A stretch of DNA of 32,000 nt from Dubosiella newyorkensis (GCF_001945605.1 NZ_MPKA01000139.1:32265-64264), one strand, 5' to 3'. Shown: positions 15,996-26,278, counted from the first letter of the stretch. Made by a program: numbers and translations. Notes: generated from the letters alone by a model not told the origin.

Positions 15996-18900
15996 ATGCA
16001 GACAAACGATATACAAGCTTTGATCGAGTTCCTGCCACAGGAGCTCGCCTCTTTTTTTAAGGAAGCCTCCTTTTATAAAAGACCAGAATTTCATACCAAA
16101 CGACGAGAACTCGTATTAGGGATCCAGCTGCCAGCCCCTCTTGATTTTGAAGTCTACGAGAACTTGATCGATAAGATCAAACTCGCCTTTCATTGCGCTT
16201 TGGATCTTAGCATCCAAACTAAAACATCAAGCCTCTCGATCAACGAGCTCGCCCGCTATATTGCCTATTTTATTCAAAAGGACAACAAGCTCTCGTGCTT
16301 TCGACATTTAAGCCCTGTCCAAGGCGAACAATCTTTTCGCTTTATCACATCGAGCGAAGAAAAAGCCAGTGCCATGAAACGACAGCTCTCACGCCTTCAA
16401 CAAGCGCTTGCCAGCGCAGGAATCGATATGGAAATCGGAATCGATTTGAGCGAAGACGACGCGCCCATCGAACAAGTCAAGATCGAGCTTCCCGCCTATG
16501 AAAAGGCGCAACCACCAAAGCCGGTCCAAAGCTACACTCGCTATAAAAAAGAAGCCGCGCCGACCTTAAAGATCCACGAACTCCAGCAAGGATTAGAAAA
16601 CGTCGCCATCGAAGCCCATATTTTCGATATCGACAACCGTGTCACTAAAGCGGGGAAAACGCTCCAAATGCTGTATTTATCGGATTACGACGACGCGATC
16701 GTCGCTAAACGCTTCGAAGGAAAACGCCATACGATCGAATCGATCGAATCGATCCAAAAAGGAATGCAAGTCAAAGTCACGGGCGATGTCGTCTACGATA
16801 CGTATTCAAAGACAAACGCCTTCATGATCTCCAAGATCGAAGAGATCCCCGTCAAAAAGCGGAAAGACACAAGCGAAGAAAAACGGATCGAATGGCATGT
16901 CCACTCCAATTTTTCCGAAATGGACGGCGTGTGCGATATCGAAGAATATATCCAGACCGCCTATGATTGGGGCATGGAAGCGATCGCGATCTGCGATCAT
17001 CAAGTCGTGCAAGCCTTTCCGATGGCCCAACATAAAGTCAGCGCTCTATTAAAGAAAAATAAAGACCGCCCTTTCAAAATGATGTATGGATGCGAAATGA
17101 GCATGGTCGATCCAGAATACAAGATCGTCCACAACAACGATCATCGAACTCTTGAAGACTCTGAATATGTCGTCTTCGACTTGGAAACGACCGGTTTATC
17201 CAACCGCCTCGATTCGATCATTGAATTTGGCGCCGTCAAGATCAAAGGACGCGATGTGATCGACCGCAAGCAGCTCTTTATCAACCCAAAACGCACGATT
17301 CCCGCCAACATCATTTCGTTGACAAACATCCACCAAAGCGATGTCGATACCGCCAAACCGATCGAAGAGGTCCTCCAAGACTTGCTCGACTGGATCGGGG
17401 ACACGATCTTGGTCGCGCACAACGCCACATTCGATGTCGGCTTCATGAACGCCGCCTGCCGTCAAGTCGGCCTTCAAGAACTGAGTAATCCCGTGATCGA
17501 TACGCTGCCGCTTGCTCATTCGCTCCTCGATCTCAAACGCTATAAACTAGGAAACGTCTGTCGCCATTATGGAGTCAAATACGATGGCGAAGGCGCGCAT
17601 AGAGCCGACTATGATGCGGAAGTGCTCTCGCTAGTCCTTTTCCATATGCTTAACGCGTTTGGTGGCGAAGCCACATTGGACGATCTGCAAAACAACCAAA
17701 AAGAAGACAGCTTTAAAAAAGTCAAGCCTTCCCATATCACGGTTTTCGCCAAAAACAAAGCCGGCCTGAAAGAGCTTTTTGAACTCATCACGCTCTCTCA
17801 TACCAAGTATTTGGCCTATAACGGAAAATCGACCGAAAACGTCGTCGCGGAACCTCGCATTCCACGCTTCGAACTCGAAAAAATGCACGCGAAAGGCAAT
17901 CTGCTGTTTGGCTCCGCGTGCCAAAACGGAGAGATCTTCGACCTTGCGCATACAAGAGATCATCAGAAGCTCAAAGAAGCGATGCGCTTTTATGACTATA
18001 TCGAAGTGCAACCGCTCGAGTGCTATCGAAACTTGATCGATCGCGGCTCCATCTTGAATGGAGACGATCTACGCAAGATCATCGGCTACATTCTAGAAGC
18101 CGCGCAAGAAGAAGGAAAAACCGTGATCGCCACAAGCGACGCCCATTATGTCCATCCTTATGAAAAGAGGATCCGGGATATTTATATCAACGCGAAAGCG
18201 ATCGGGAACGCGCGCCATCCACTCTATAAGTATAAACTCCAAGATCGTCGGATGTATCCAGCCCCGAACCAACACTTGCTCACCACCCAGGAAATGCTCG
18301 ACGCCTTTGCCTGGATCGGAGAAGAGCAAGCTCGTCAAATCGTCATCGAGAATCCGAAAAAGCTCGCCGAGCAAATGGAAGTGATCTATCCGATCAAAGA
18401 TAAACTGTATCCGCCAGACATCGAAGGCTCTGACCAAAAGCTCCGCGACATTTGTATGGAAACCGCACATCAATGGTATGGAGACGATCTTCCTGACATC
18501 GTCGTCCAACGCCTGCAAAGAGAACTCGATTCGATCATTGGCGCTGGTTATTATGTGGTCTACTACATTTCCCATCTGCTCGTTAAAAAGAGCCGAGAGG
18601 ATGGATATCTTGTTGGATCGAGAGGATCTGTCGGCTCTAGCTTTGTGGCGACCATGTCCGGAATCACCGAAGTCAATCCGCTTTTGCCTCATTATATTTG
18701 CCATCATTGCCACCATTATGAGTTTTTAGATGGAGAGGAAGTAAAATCCGGCTTTGATCTGCCCGACAAAGAATGTCCTGTCTGCCATCATACGATGCGA
18801 GGCGATGGACAAGATATTCCATTCGAGACGTTTTTAGGCTTTGAAGGCGATAAAGTTCCCGATATCGATTTGAACTTCTCGGGAGAATATCAAGCCAACG

Positions 18901-20294
18901 CCCATGCCTACACGAAAGAAGTGTTCGGAGAAGATCACGTCTTCCGCGCTGGCACAGTAGGAACCGTCCAAGAAAAGACCGCGTATGGATTCGTGCGCGG
19001 CTATGAAGAAGAAATGGACTTGGAGATCCCATTTAGCGAAGTTAAACGGACCGATCTTGCCAAAGGGTGCGAAGGCGTCAAACGAACGACAGGACAGCAT
19101 CCAGGAGGGATCGTCGTGGTTCCTCTCGATATGGATGTGCACGATTTTACACCTGTTCAATATCCAGCCAACAACCCGTATGCTGAATGGAAAACGACGC
19201 ACTTCGATTTCCACCAGATCCACGACAACATCTTGAAATTCGATATATTAGGCCATGTCGATCCAACCGCCATGAAGATGCTCGAAAGAATGACCGGCAT
19301 CGACGTGACGACGATCCCGATGAACGATCCTAAGACGATGTCCATCTTCTCTTCGCTTGATGGCTTGGACATCAATTCGACACGCTATTCGGAAGTGACA
19401 GGAGCTGCCGGTATTCCCGAATTTGGAACGCCATTTGTCCGCGGAATCTTGGAAATGACAAAACCAAAGACATTCGCCGAACTCGTGACGATCTCAGGCT
19501 TATCGCATGGAACGAATGTCTGGCTCTCGAACGCCAAAGACCTCATTGAAAATGGGACATGTCAGCTTAATGAAGTCATCGGTTGTCGAGATGACATCAT
19601 GGTCGATCTCATGGGATATGGCCTTCCGCCGAAACAAAGTTTTACGATCATGGAGAGCGTGCGGAAAGGAAAAGGTCTAAAAGACGAGTGGGAGCAGCTC
19701 ATGAAAGAACACAATGTGCCAGACTGGTATATTGATTCGTGCAAAAAGATCAAATACATGTTCCCGAAAGCGCACGCGGTCGCCTATGTGATGATGGCTG
19801 TCCGCATCGCGTGGTTCAAGGTCCATAAGCCTGTCTATTATTATTGTCAATATTTCAGCATTCGCTGCGACGCTTATGATATCGAGACGATGATCAAAGG
19901 CGAAGAAGCGATCCGCAAGCGCATGAGCGAAATCAAGATGAATAAAGATCAAAATTCGCCAAAAGAAAAAGCGATCTACGATACGCTCGAGCTCGCCTTA
20001 GAAATGGTGCTGCGGGGTTTCCGTTTCACGAATCTTTCGATCAATCGCTCAGCCGCGACGGAATTTAGAGTCAATCCAGACAATGAAAAAGAGATCATTC
20101 CTCCTTTTACGGCGCTGGATGGATTAGGCGACAACGTAGGAAGGTCGATCGTCAAAGCAAGAGAGGAGCAGCCTTTCCTCTCCAAAGAAGATGTATTGAA
20201 ACGGACCTTGATCTCAAAAACGCTTCTCGATAAGCTTTCACAAATGAACGCGACCGAAGGCCTAGATGAAAAGAATCAGCTGACACTCTTTTAA
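15996..20294 (+). CDS. polC: DNA polymerase III alpha subunit, PolC type
   Basis: The 1432-aa protein has a PHP domain (HVHSNFSEMDG), an inserted 3'-5' exonuclease (VVFDLETTGLS ... HNATFDVGF ... HRADYDA), a Zn-finger (CHHCHH...CPVCHH) and a polymerase core. Confidence 0.95.
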   Translation: MQTNDIQALIEFLPQELASFFKEASFYKRPEFHTKRRELVLGIQLPAPLDFEVYENLIDKIKLAFHCALDLSIQTKTSSLSINELARYIAYFIQKDNKLSCFRHLSPVQGEQSFRFITSSEEKASAMKRQLSRLQQALASAGIDMEIGIDLSEDDAPIEQVKIELPAYEKAQPPKPVQSYTRYKKEAAPTLKIHELQQGLENVAIEAHIFDIDNRVTKAGKTLQMLYLSDYDDAIVAKRFEGKRHTIESIESIQKGMQVKVTGDVVYDTYSKTNAFMISKIEEIPVKKRKDTSEEKRIEWHVHSNFSEMDGVCDIEEYIQTAYDWGMEAIAICDHQVVQAFPMAQHKVSALLKKNKDRPFKMMYGCEMSMVDPEYKIVHNNDHRTLEDSEYVVFDLETTGLSNRLDSIIEFGAVKIKGRDVIDRKQLFINPKRTIPANIISLTNIHQSDVDTAKPIEEVLQDLLDWIGDTILVAHNATFDVGFMNAACRQVGLQELSNPVIDTLPLAHSLLDLKRYKLGNVCRHYGVKYDGEGAHRADYDAEVLSLVLFHMLNAFGGEATLDDLQNNQKEDSFKKVKPSHITVFAKNKAGLKELFELITLSHTKYLAYNGKSTENVVAEPRIPRFELEKMHAKGNLLFGSACQNGEIFDLAHTRDHQKLKEAMRFYDYIEVQPLECYRNLIDRGSILNGDDLRKIIGYILEAAQEEGKTVIATSDAHYVHPYEKRIRDIYINAKAIGNARHPLYKYKLQDRRMYPAPNQHLLTTQEMLDAFAWIGEEQARQIVIENPKKLAEQMEVIYPIKDKLYPPDIEGSDQKLRDICMETAHQWYGDDLPDIVVQRLQRELDSIIGAGYYVVYYISHLLVKKSREDGYLVGSRGSVGSSFVATMSGITEVNPLLPHYICHHCHHYEFLDGEEVKSGFDLPDKECPVCHHTMRGDGQDIPFETFLGFEGDKVPDIDLNFSGEYQANAHAYTKEVFGEDHVFRAGTVGTVQEKTAYGFVRGYEEEMDLEIPFSEVKRTDLAKGCEGVKRTTGQHPGGIVVVPLDMDVHDFTPVQYPANNPYAEWKTTHFDFHQIHDNILKFDILGHVDPTAMKMLERMTGIDVTTIPMNDPKTMSIFSSLDGLDINSTRYSEVTGAAGIPEFGTPFVRGILEMTKPKTFAELVTISGLSHGTNVWLSNAKDLIENGTCQLNEVIGCRDDIMVDLMGYGLPPKQSFTIMESVRKGKGLKDEWEQLMKEHNVPDWYIDSCKKIKYMFPKAHAVAYVMMAVRIAWFKVHKPVYYYCQYFSIRCDAYDIETMIKGEEAIRKRMSEIKMNKDQNSPKEKAIYDTLELALEMVLRGFRFTNLSINRSAATEFRVNPDNEKEIIPPFTALDGLGDNVGRSIVKAREEQPFLSKEDVLKRTLISKTLLDKLSQMNATEGLDEKNQLTLF

Positions 20295-20303
20295 GGAAGT
20301 ATT

Positions 20304-20972
20304 ATGTATAAAATTATGATTATCGAAGATGACAAGATCATCGCTAGAGAAATGAAAACATTTCTTGAATCGTGGGATTATCAAGGAATTCTGGTCCATG
20401 ATTTTCATCAAGTTCTCGAGGAATGGCAAAACACGAATCCCGATCTGATTTTGATGGATATCTCTTTGCCCTATAAAAACGGTTATTATTGGACAGAACA
20501 GATCCGAAAGTACTCCAAAGTCCCGATCATTTTTATATCGAGCCGCAACGACAATATGAATATCGTGATGGCGCTCTCGCAAGGCGGGGATGATTTTATC
20601 GCTAAGCCGTTCGATCTGCAAGTCCTCCTTTATAAGATCAAAGCGCTTTTACGACGAACCTACGATTTTTCCGGAAAGACAGAATGGCTCGAACAAAACG
20701 GGGTACGCTTCAATATGGATGAAAATCTTGTCACGTATCAAGATCGATCTGTCGAATTGACCAAAAACGAAGGCAAGATCCTACGATTGTTGATGGAAAA
20801 AAAAGATAAGATCGTCCGGCGTGAAGAATTGATGGAATATTTATGGAAGACGGATTATTATGTCGATGAAAACGCCTTAAGCGTCAATATCAATCGCCTC
20901 CGGAAAAAATTGGAGCGGATCGGGATCCACGACTTTATCCAAACGAAAAAAGGATTGGGCTATCTTGTATGA
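20304..20972 (+). CDS. OmpR-family response regulator, BceR-like
   Basis: Receiver domain (IIEDD, LILMDISLP, AKPF) plus a winged-helix output (LTKNEGKILRLL...). The gene starts 9 nt after polC and forms an ATGA overlap with the kinase gene. Confidence 0.85.
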   Translation: MYKIMIIEDDKIIAREMKTFLESWDYQGILVHDFHQVLEEWQNTNPDLILMDISLPYKNGYYWTEQIRKYSKVPIIFISSRNDNMNIVMALSQGGDDFIAKPFDLQVLLYKIKALLRRTYDFSGKTEWLEQNGVRFNMDENLVTYQDRSVELTKNEGKILRLLMEKKDKIVRREELMEYLWKTDYYVDENALSVNINRLRKKLERIGIHDFIQTKKGLGYLV

Positions 20973-21967
20973 AGTCGTTTTGGAAGTATCTTTCCAATCG
21001 AAAAAGGATCGTATGGATGCTGCTCAGCTTCTGGCTCACGGCTCTATTGATCACCTTTTTATATAGCCTGACATGGGAAGCGTTTTGGTATGGAAGCGCG
21101 ATCGCCGCAGTCTTTCTCCTTTTATTCATGAGCGTCGATCTTTATCGCTTTCAAGAACAAAACAAAGTATGGAAGCTCGTCCTCAACCAAGAAAAGCTCC
21201 TCGATGTCGATCTAAGCAAATGCACGAGCGACCCCTTGCTGCAGGAGGTGTTTAAAAAAATCGAGAAAGAAGAGTTTGAACGGCAAGAAAACGAGCATGC
21301 CAAGTATGGGCGTTTGATCGATTACTTTACGCTTTGGACTCATCAAATCAAGATCCCGATCTCGGCGATGGAGCTTTTACTCAAAAACGATCCCGAACGG
21401 GTGGTGGATCTTAAAGAAGAAACACTTCAAATCAAACGATATACCGATATGGTGATGGCGTATTTGCGTTTGGAGAGTGAAAGCGGCGATTACGTGTTTG
21501 AAAATGTCGATCTTGACGAGGTGATCGCCTCTGTCATTCGGGAGTTTTCGATCGAATTCATTTATCGCAAGATCCCGATCGACTTTCAAAAGACAAATCT
21601 TATCGTACTTTCCGATCGAAAATGGCTTCGCTTCGCGTTAGAACAGTTTCTATCCAACGCGATCAAATATTCAGAAGGACAGAAGATCACGATCCGAAAT
21701 ATTGGCTATGATCTCTTTATCGAAGATCGAGGGATCGGGATCTTGAAGCGAGATCTTGAGCGGATACGCGAAAAAGGCTATACGGGACACAATGGCCGTC
21801 TCTACTCCAAAGAATCGAGCGGCTTAGGCTTGTATTTAAGCGACATTGTGCTCAAACGCCTCCATCATCCTTATACGATTGAATCCAAAGTTGGAAAAGG
21901 AACGACCATCATCCTCTCCTTGCAGCGACATGATCTATTCAAAGACGACTTAGACCTTGGATCCTAA
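20969..21967 (+). CDS. Intramembrane-sensing histidine kinase, BceS-like
   Basis: Two N-terminal TM helices are separated by a minimal loop. The H-box is WTHQIKIPISAM and the HATPase motifs are NAIKYS, EDRGIGI and GLGLYL. Confidence 0.85.
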   Translation: MKSFWKYLSNRKRIVWMLLSFWLTALLITFLYSLTWEAFWYGSAIAAVFLLLFMSVDLYRFQEQNKVWKLVLNQEKLLDVDLSKCTSDPLLQEVFKKIEKEEFERQENEHAKYGRLIDYFTLWTHQIKIPISAMELLLKNDPERVVDLKEETLQIKRYTDMVMAYLRLESESGDYVFENVDLDEVIASVIREFSIEFIYRKIPIDFQKTNLIVLSDRKWLRFALEQFLSNAIKYSEGQKITIRNIGYDLFIEDRGIGILKRDLERIREKGYTGHNGRLYSKESSGLGLYLSDIVLKRLHHPYTIESKVGKGTTIILSLQRHDLFKDDLDLGS

Positions 21968-21986
21968 CATTCAAGGTCTTTTTCTT
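21953..21986 (+). terminator. Terminator after the kinase gene
   Basis: GACCTTG (21953-21959) pairs with CAAGGTC (21972-21978) around a 12-nt loop. A T-rich tail follows. Confidence 0.5.
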
Positions 21987-21991
21987 TCGCG

Positions 21992-22057
21992 TTTGTAAGA
22001 TTCTTGACTTTTTTGTAAGCCAAATCGATGGGAGGCATTTTTTGAACTCTTTATAAT
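21992..22057 (+). promoter_or_regulatory. Candidate BceR-type operator (TTTGTAAG x2) and -10 of the ABC transporter promoter
   Basis: TTTGTAAG occurs at 21992-21999 and 22012-22019, a 20-bp period. TATAAT lies at 22052-22057 with a poor -35. TGTAA-containing repeats are typical of Bce-type regulator sites. Confidence 0.4.
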
Positions 22058-22082
22058 AAAAGCAGTTAAGGAGGAAAATCGT

Positions 22083-22850
22083 ATGCCATTATTGGAAGTT
22101 AAAAATATAAAAAAAGTGTATACATCGCGGTTAGGGGTCCATCAAGTCCAAGCGCTTGAAAACGTGAATTTTACGGTGGATGAAGGGGAATATGTCGCGA
22201 TCATGGGAGAATCGGGGGCCGGAAAAACGACGCTGCTCAATATTTTGGCCGCGCTTGATAAACCGACGAGCGGCTCGATCTTGCTCAACGGAAAGGATAT
22301 GACCACGATCAGAGATTCTTCGATCTCCGCTTTCCGCCGCAAACATCTAGGTTTCGTGTTTCAAGACTTTAATTTATTAGAAACATTCAACAATCAAGAC
22401 AATATCTTTTTGCCACTCGTCTTATCGAATGAGAAGTACAGTCAAATGAAAAAGAAGATCCAGCCTCTTGCCAAAGAGCTAGGGATCCAAGATCTGCTCA
22501 AAAAATTTCCATACGAGATCAGTGGCGGACAAAAACAGCGTGTCGCCGTCGCAAGAGCGCTGATTACAGAACCTGAACTCATTTTGGCCGATGAGCCTAC
22601 AGGCGCCTTGGATTCAAGAAGCACAGAAGAGCTATTGCGCTTGTTTAAGCAAGTCAATGAAAGAGGGCAGACGATCTTGATGGTCACCCATTCGATCTTG
22701 GCGGCCTCGCATGCCAAACGCGTCTTGTTTATCAAAGATGGGATCGTCTTTCATCAAATCTATCGAGGTGAAAAAAACCAAGACGAGATGTATCAAATGA
22801 TTTCGGATACGCTCTCCTTGCTGACAAGGGAGGAATCTTTCCATGTCTAA
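22083..22850 (+). CDS. ABC transporter ATP-binding protein, BceA-like
   Basis: Walker A GESGAGKTT, signature SGGQKQR and Walker B LILADEPT are present. The RBS is AAGGAGG. Confidence 0.9.
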   Translation: MPLLEVKNIKKVYTSRLGVHQVQALENVNFTVDEGEYVAIMGESGAGKTTLLNILAALDKPTSGSILLNGKDMTTIRDSSISAFRRKHLGFVFQDFNLLETFNNQDNIFLPLVLSNEKYSQMKKKIQPLAKELGIQDLLKKFPYEISGGQKQRVAVARALITEPELILADEPTGALDSRSTEELLRLFKQVNERGQTILMVTHSILAASHAKRVLFIKDGIVFHQIYRGEKNQDEMYQMISDTLSLLTREESFHV

Positions 22851-24831
22851 AGGATTTTACGCAAAGCTCGCTTTTGAAAATCTGAAGAAAAATAAAAAGA
22901 CATATCTACCTTTTATGATCACAAGCATGATGACGACTATGATGTTGTATATGATCATCGCTCTTTCCGACAATCCGCAAATGAATAAAATGATTGGGGG
23001 CGGGGAGATCGCCATGATGCTAGGGCTTGGTGTCGTCATCGTCGAATTGTTCGCGATCATTTTCTTGTTTTATACCAATTCCTTTTTATTGAAGCGCAGA
23101 AAAAGAGAATTTGGTGTACTGACCGTTCTTGGGATGGAAAAGAAGCATCTAGCTAGAGTGGTTTTTTATGAACTATTTTACGTGCTGGCAGCTTCGCTTG
23201 CGCTTGGTTTATTGTTTGGGATCTTGTTCGACAAGCTGTTCTATTTGTTGATCATTAAAATGATCGGCACCGAAGTTCCTTTAGGCTTCTATATTTCGAA
23301 GCGCGGCTTGATCGAGACAGCTACGTATATTGGCGTCATCTATGGTTTGATGTGGCTCTATTCTGTTGTTCAGATCCAGACAAGCAAGCCGATCGATTTA
23401 ATCAACGCCGATAAAGTTTCCGAAAAAGAGCCAAAATCAAAATGGGTCTTGGCGATTGCAGGTTTGATCTGTCTTGCGATCGGGTATGGTCTTTCTTTAT
23501 CGATCACCAATCCTGTAGAAGCGATGGTGCTCTTTTTTGTCGCTGTTGTTTTCGTAATCATTGGCACCTACTTGATCTTTACGACAGGAAGCATCACGCT
23601 GCTCAAGCTTCTTGAAAAAAACAAACACTTCTACTATAAAACCTCTCATTTTTTGAGTGTTTCGAACATGAAGTTCCGCATGAAGCAAAATGCCGTTTCT
23701 TTAGCCAACATTTGTATATTGTCAACGATGGTCCTCGTCATGCTTTCGAGCACGCTCTCCTTATGGACGGGAATGGTCGACTCTGTCAACTCGATGCTAA
23801 AGAGAGATGAAACGATCACTGTTCATTTTGATCAAATTGAGCAAGCGCCGCTGATCGAAGAAGCTGTTCAACGATCGATCCAAGAAAGCGGACTCGATCC
23901 CCAAGAAGCCGAACGATTTGTCTCGTATGCCACAGATTTTAAAAAAGAAGGAAACCGATTTATCGTACAACCAGGTCATATGGCTGAAGTCTATATCGAG
24001 TTTATTCCTTTGTCCGCTTTTAATGAAGCCGAAAAAACCGATCTGTATTTAGGGCAAGATGAATGTTATGTGTATTCCAAAAAAGGAAGCCTAGATGCCA
24101 AAGAGATCGAGGTCGACTCGATCCCGCTTCGCATCAAGGGCATCCTACATGAAACTTCTTTATTCTCGAGTACCGATACGTACATTAACGATACGCATAC
24201 TTTGATCGTTCCAGATGCTCAATTCGAAGAGATCCGCTCGCATATCATTGAAACTTATGCCAAAGTCGGCATAGAATACGCGCCAAGCTTTGAATATCGT
24301 GAACAGTTCAATGTCGCCGAAGGAAAAGTCGATGAAACAGTGTTGGATGAAGCATTGCACAAAAACCTTGAACCAATCGATGTGCTCACGTATTATGCGC
24401 GCAATTTTGATGAAATCATGCTTTCGTTTCGAAGCTTATATGCTGGCTTCTTCTTTATAGGGATCTTCTTGAGCATCTTGTTTATCATGGCGACGATCTT
24501 GATCATGTACTATAAGCAGATCTCGGAGGGCTATGAGGATGAAAAACGCTACGACATCATGCAGAAAGTCGGCTTGGATCAAAAACAGATCCAAGGCACG
24601 ATCAAAACGCAAGTGCTCATCGTCTTCTTTTTGCCTCTGATCGTCGCAGGAATCCATATCGTCTTTGCTTTCCCGATGGTCAGTCGAATGTTGCGCATTC
24701 TTTCGCTGACAAATACGAATCTATTTATTTGGACGACGATCGGCTGTTTTGCGGGCTTTAGTCTTCTCTATATTTTGATCTATTCGATCACTGCGAAAGT
24801 CTATTATGATATTGTCACAAAGCGTCCTTGA
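22843..24831 (+). CDS. FtsX-family ABC permease, BceB-like (10 TM with a large extracellular domain)
   Basis: The 662-aa protein has a ~200-aa extracytoplasmic domain between TM7 and TM8. It overlaps the ATPase gene by 8 nt. Confidence 0.9.
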   Translation: MSKGFYAKLAFENLKKNKKTYLPFMITSMMTTMMLYMIIALSDNPQMNKMIGGGEIAMMLGLGVVIVELFAIIFLFYTNSFLLKRRKREFGVLTVLGMEKKHLARVVFYELFYVLAASLALGLLFGILFDKLFYLLIIKMIGTEVPLGFYISKRGLIETATYIGVIYGLMWLYSVVQIQTSKPIDLINADKVSEKEPKSKWVLAIAGLICLAIGYGLSLSITNPVEAMVLFFVAVVFVIIGTYLIFTTGSITLLKLLEKNKHFYYKTSHFLSVSNMKFRMKQNAVSLANICILSTMVLVMLSSTLSLWTGMVDSVNSMLKRDETITVHFDQIEQAPLIEEAVQRSIQESGLDPQEAERFVSYATDFKKEGNRFIVQPGHMAEVYIEFIPLSAFNEAEKTDLYLGQDECYVYSKKGSLDAKEIEVDSIPLRIKGILHETSLFSSTDTYINDTHTLIVPDAQFEEIRSHIIETYAKVGIEYAPSFEYREQFNVAEGKVDETVLDEALHKNLEPIDVLTYYARNFDEIMLSFRSLYAGFFFIGIFLSILFIMATILIMYYKQISEGYEDEKRYDIMQKVGLDQKQIQGTIKTQVLIVFFLPLIVAGIHIVFAFPMVSRMLRILSLTNTNLFIWTTIGCFAGFSLLYILIYSITAKVYYDIVTKRP

Positions 24832-24850
24832 GTTGGACGCTTTTGTGTTT
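24821..24850 (+). terminator. Rho-independent terminator
   Basis: AGCGTCC (24821-24827) pairs with GGACGCT (24835-24841), followed by TTTTGTGTTTT. Confidence 0.65.
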
Positions 24851-24881
24851 TCGTGTATAGTAAAAAAAATGAGGTAGAAAA

Positions 24882-25883
24882 ATGAAAGTTATTGATATGC
24901 ATTGCGATACGATCCTCGCATTGCTTGAGCAAGAAGAAAACGGCCATTCGATCAATTACTTGGAGAATGATTTGTCGATCAATTTGAACGCGTTAAAGAA
25001 AGGAAATGTTCTCGTGCAAAATTTTGCGCTGTTTACGGATCTAAAAAAAAGAGCGATCCCTGAAGAAGAAACGATGAAGCTCTATGATCTCTATTGCCGG
25101 ATGCTTGAAGAGCATTCGGATTTGATCGCCCCTGTGCTTACATATGGCGATATCGCAAAAAACGAGAAAGACGGGAAGATCTCGGGGCTTTTAACCCTTG
25201 AGGAAGGAGATGTCGTCTTCTCTTCTTTGGCCATGCTTCGCAATTATTATCGGATGGGTGTTCGAATGATCGCTTTGACATGGAACTATCCAAATCGGAT
25301 CGGATCGCCCAATCTTTCCGCTTACGAATACAAAGACTCCAAGATCCCGGATCCGCTCCAAAGAGTCGATACCGAACATGGATTGAGTGAATTTGGGATC
25401 GATTATCTTCGGGAAATGGAAAAGCTTGGAATCATCGTGGATGTCTCGCATCTTTCGGATGCCGGATTTTGGGATGTCGTGAAATACGCCACAAAACCTT
25501 TTGTCGCTTCTCACTCCAATGCCCGAAAAATCTGCGGGGTCGCCCGTAATCTCTCGGATGAAATGATCTTGGCGCTCCATGAAAAGGGCGGGGTCATGGG
25601 CTTGAATTTTTGCGGGGACTTTTTAAGCGAAGATCGAACGAACACATCAAGAATCGAGGATATGATCCAACACATCGATCATATCAAAAAGATCGCTGGC
25701 ATCGATGTGATCGGGATCGGCAGCGATTTTGACGGCATCAATTCCCAACTGGAAATCGCGGACGCAAGTCAGTTTGATTTGCTCGCCAACGCACTGTTAG
25801 AGCATGGTTATAGCCAAGAAGAGGTAGAAAAGATCTTTTATAAAAACGTGCTCCGTGTGTATTCGCAAGTGCTTCCTGAATGA
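24882..25883 (+). CDS. Membrane dipeptidase (peptidase family M19)
   Basis: MKVIDMHCDT, LTWNYPN, VDVSHLSD, ASHSNAR and GSDFDG are family motifs. Confidence 0.85.
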   Translation: MKVIDMHCDTILALLEQEENGHSINYLENDLSINLNALKKGNVLVQNFALFTDLKKRAIPEEETMKLYDLYCRMLEEHSDLIAPVLTYGDIAKNEKDGKISGLLTLEEGDVVFSSLAMLRNYYRMGVRMIALTWNYPNRIGSPNLSAYEYKDSKIPDPLQRVDTEHGLSEFGIDYLREMEKLGIIVDVSHLSDAGFWDVVKYATKPFVASHSNARKICGVARNLSDEMILALHEKGGVMGLNFCGDFLSEDRTNTSRIEDMIQHIDHIKKIAGIDVIGIGSDFDGINSQLEIADASQFDLLANALLEHGYSQEEVEKIFYKNVLRVYSQVLPE

Positions 25884-25939
25884 TTGTCTTGGATTGGTGG
25901 TATACTATAGCTATAGAACAATAAAAAAGAGGTATAGGT

Positions 25940-26272
25940 ATGGAAAATAAGGAAATGAATGTAGCGATGAATCCGAAATTACAGGATAAGTTCAACACGG
26001 TTTGCGAAGATCTCGGAATGGATCCCCAAGAAGCCATCAATATTTTCGCTCAAAAGATGGTCAACGAACAAGCGGTTCCTTTTGAAATCAACGAGAATGA
26101 CTATCCTGTCGATGAGGATGAGAAAAAGAAAGAAATGATCGTGAAGATCTGCAAAGTGACAGGGATCGTTTCGGCGATCGTGCTCGTTTCGACATTGGTT
26201 GGAAAGCTGATCGTACATCTTGCGAAAAAAGAGATCCGTAAAGAAGAGAAGAAACTTTTCTTTTGGAAGTAA
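25940..26272 (+). CDS. RelB/DinJ antitoxin-like domain fused to a C-terminal transmembrane helix
   Basis: MNPKLQDKFNTVCEDLGMDPQEAINIFAQKMVNEQAVPFEI resembles the DinJ ribbon-helix-helix fold. An acidic linker follows, then the TM segment VTGIVSAIVLVSTLVGKLIV and a basic tail. The RBS is AAGAGG. Confidence 0.6.
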   Translation: MENKEMNVAMNPKLQDKFNTVCEDLGMDPQEAINIFAQKMVNEQAVPFEINENDYPVDEDEKKKEMIVKICKVTGIVSAIVLVSTLVGKLIVHLAKKEIRKEEKKLFFWK

Positions 26273-26278
26273 AGTGTG

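Noticed and set aside
16732-16755. The tandem CGATCGAAT repeat inside polC, considered as a possible micro-satellite or contingency locus.
   Set aside because: There are only about 2.5 in-frame copies, encoding IESIESI. This is consistent with the general GATC-rich codon bias and does not disturb the reading frame.
16806-19375. Long antisense ORFs inside polC (for example 18093-18716, 17631-18011 and 18834-19223 on the minus strand) and many 60-140-aa ORFs opposite rnj, def, the ftsW-like gene, the GH3 gene and others.
   Set aside because: They lie entirely within well-supported genes on the other strand, lack RBSs, and have low-complexity Arg/Ser/His-rich composition typical of shadow ORFs. 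The GATC- and CGA-rich codon usage disfavours stops on the opposite strand.
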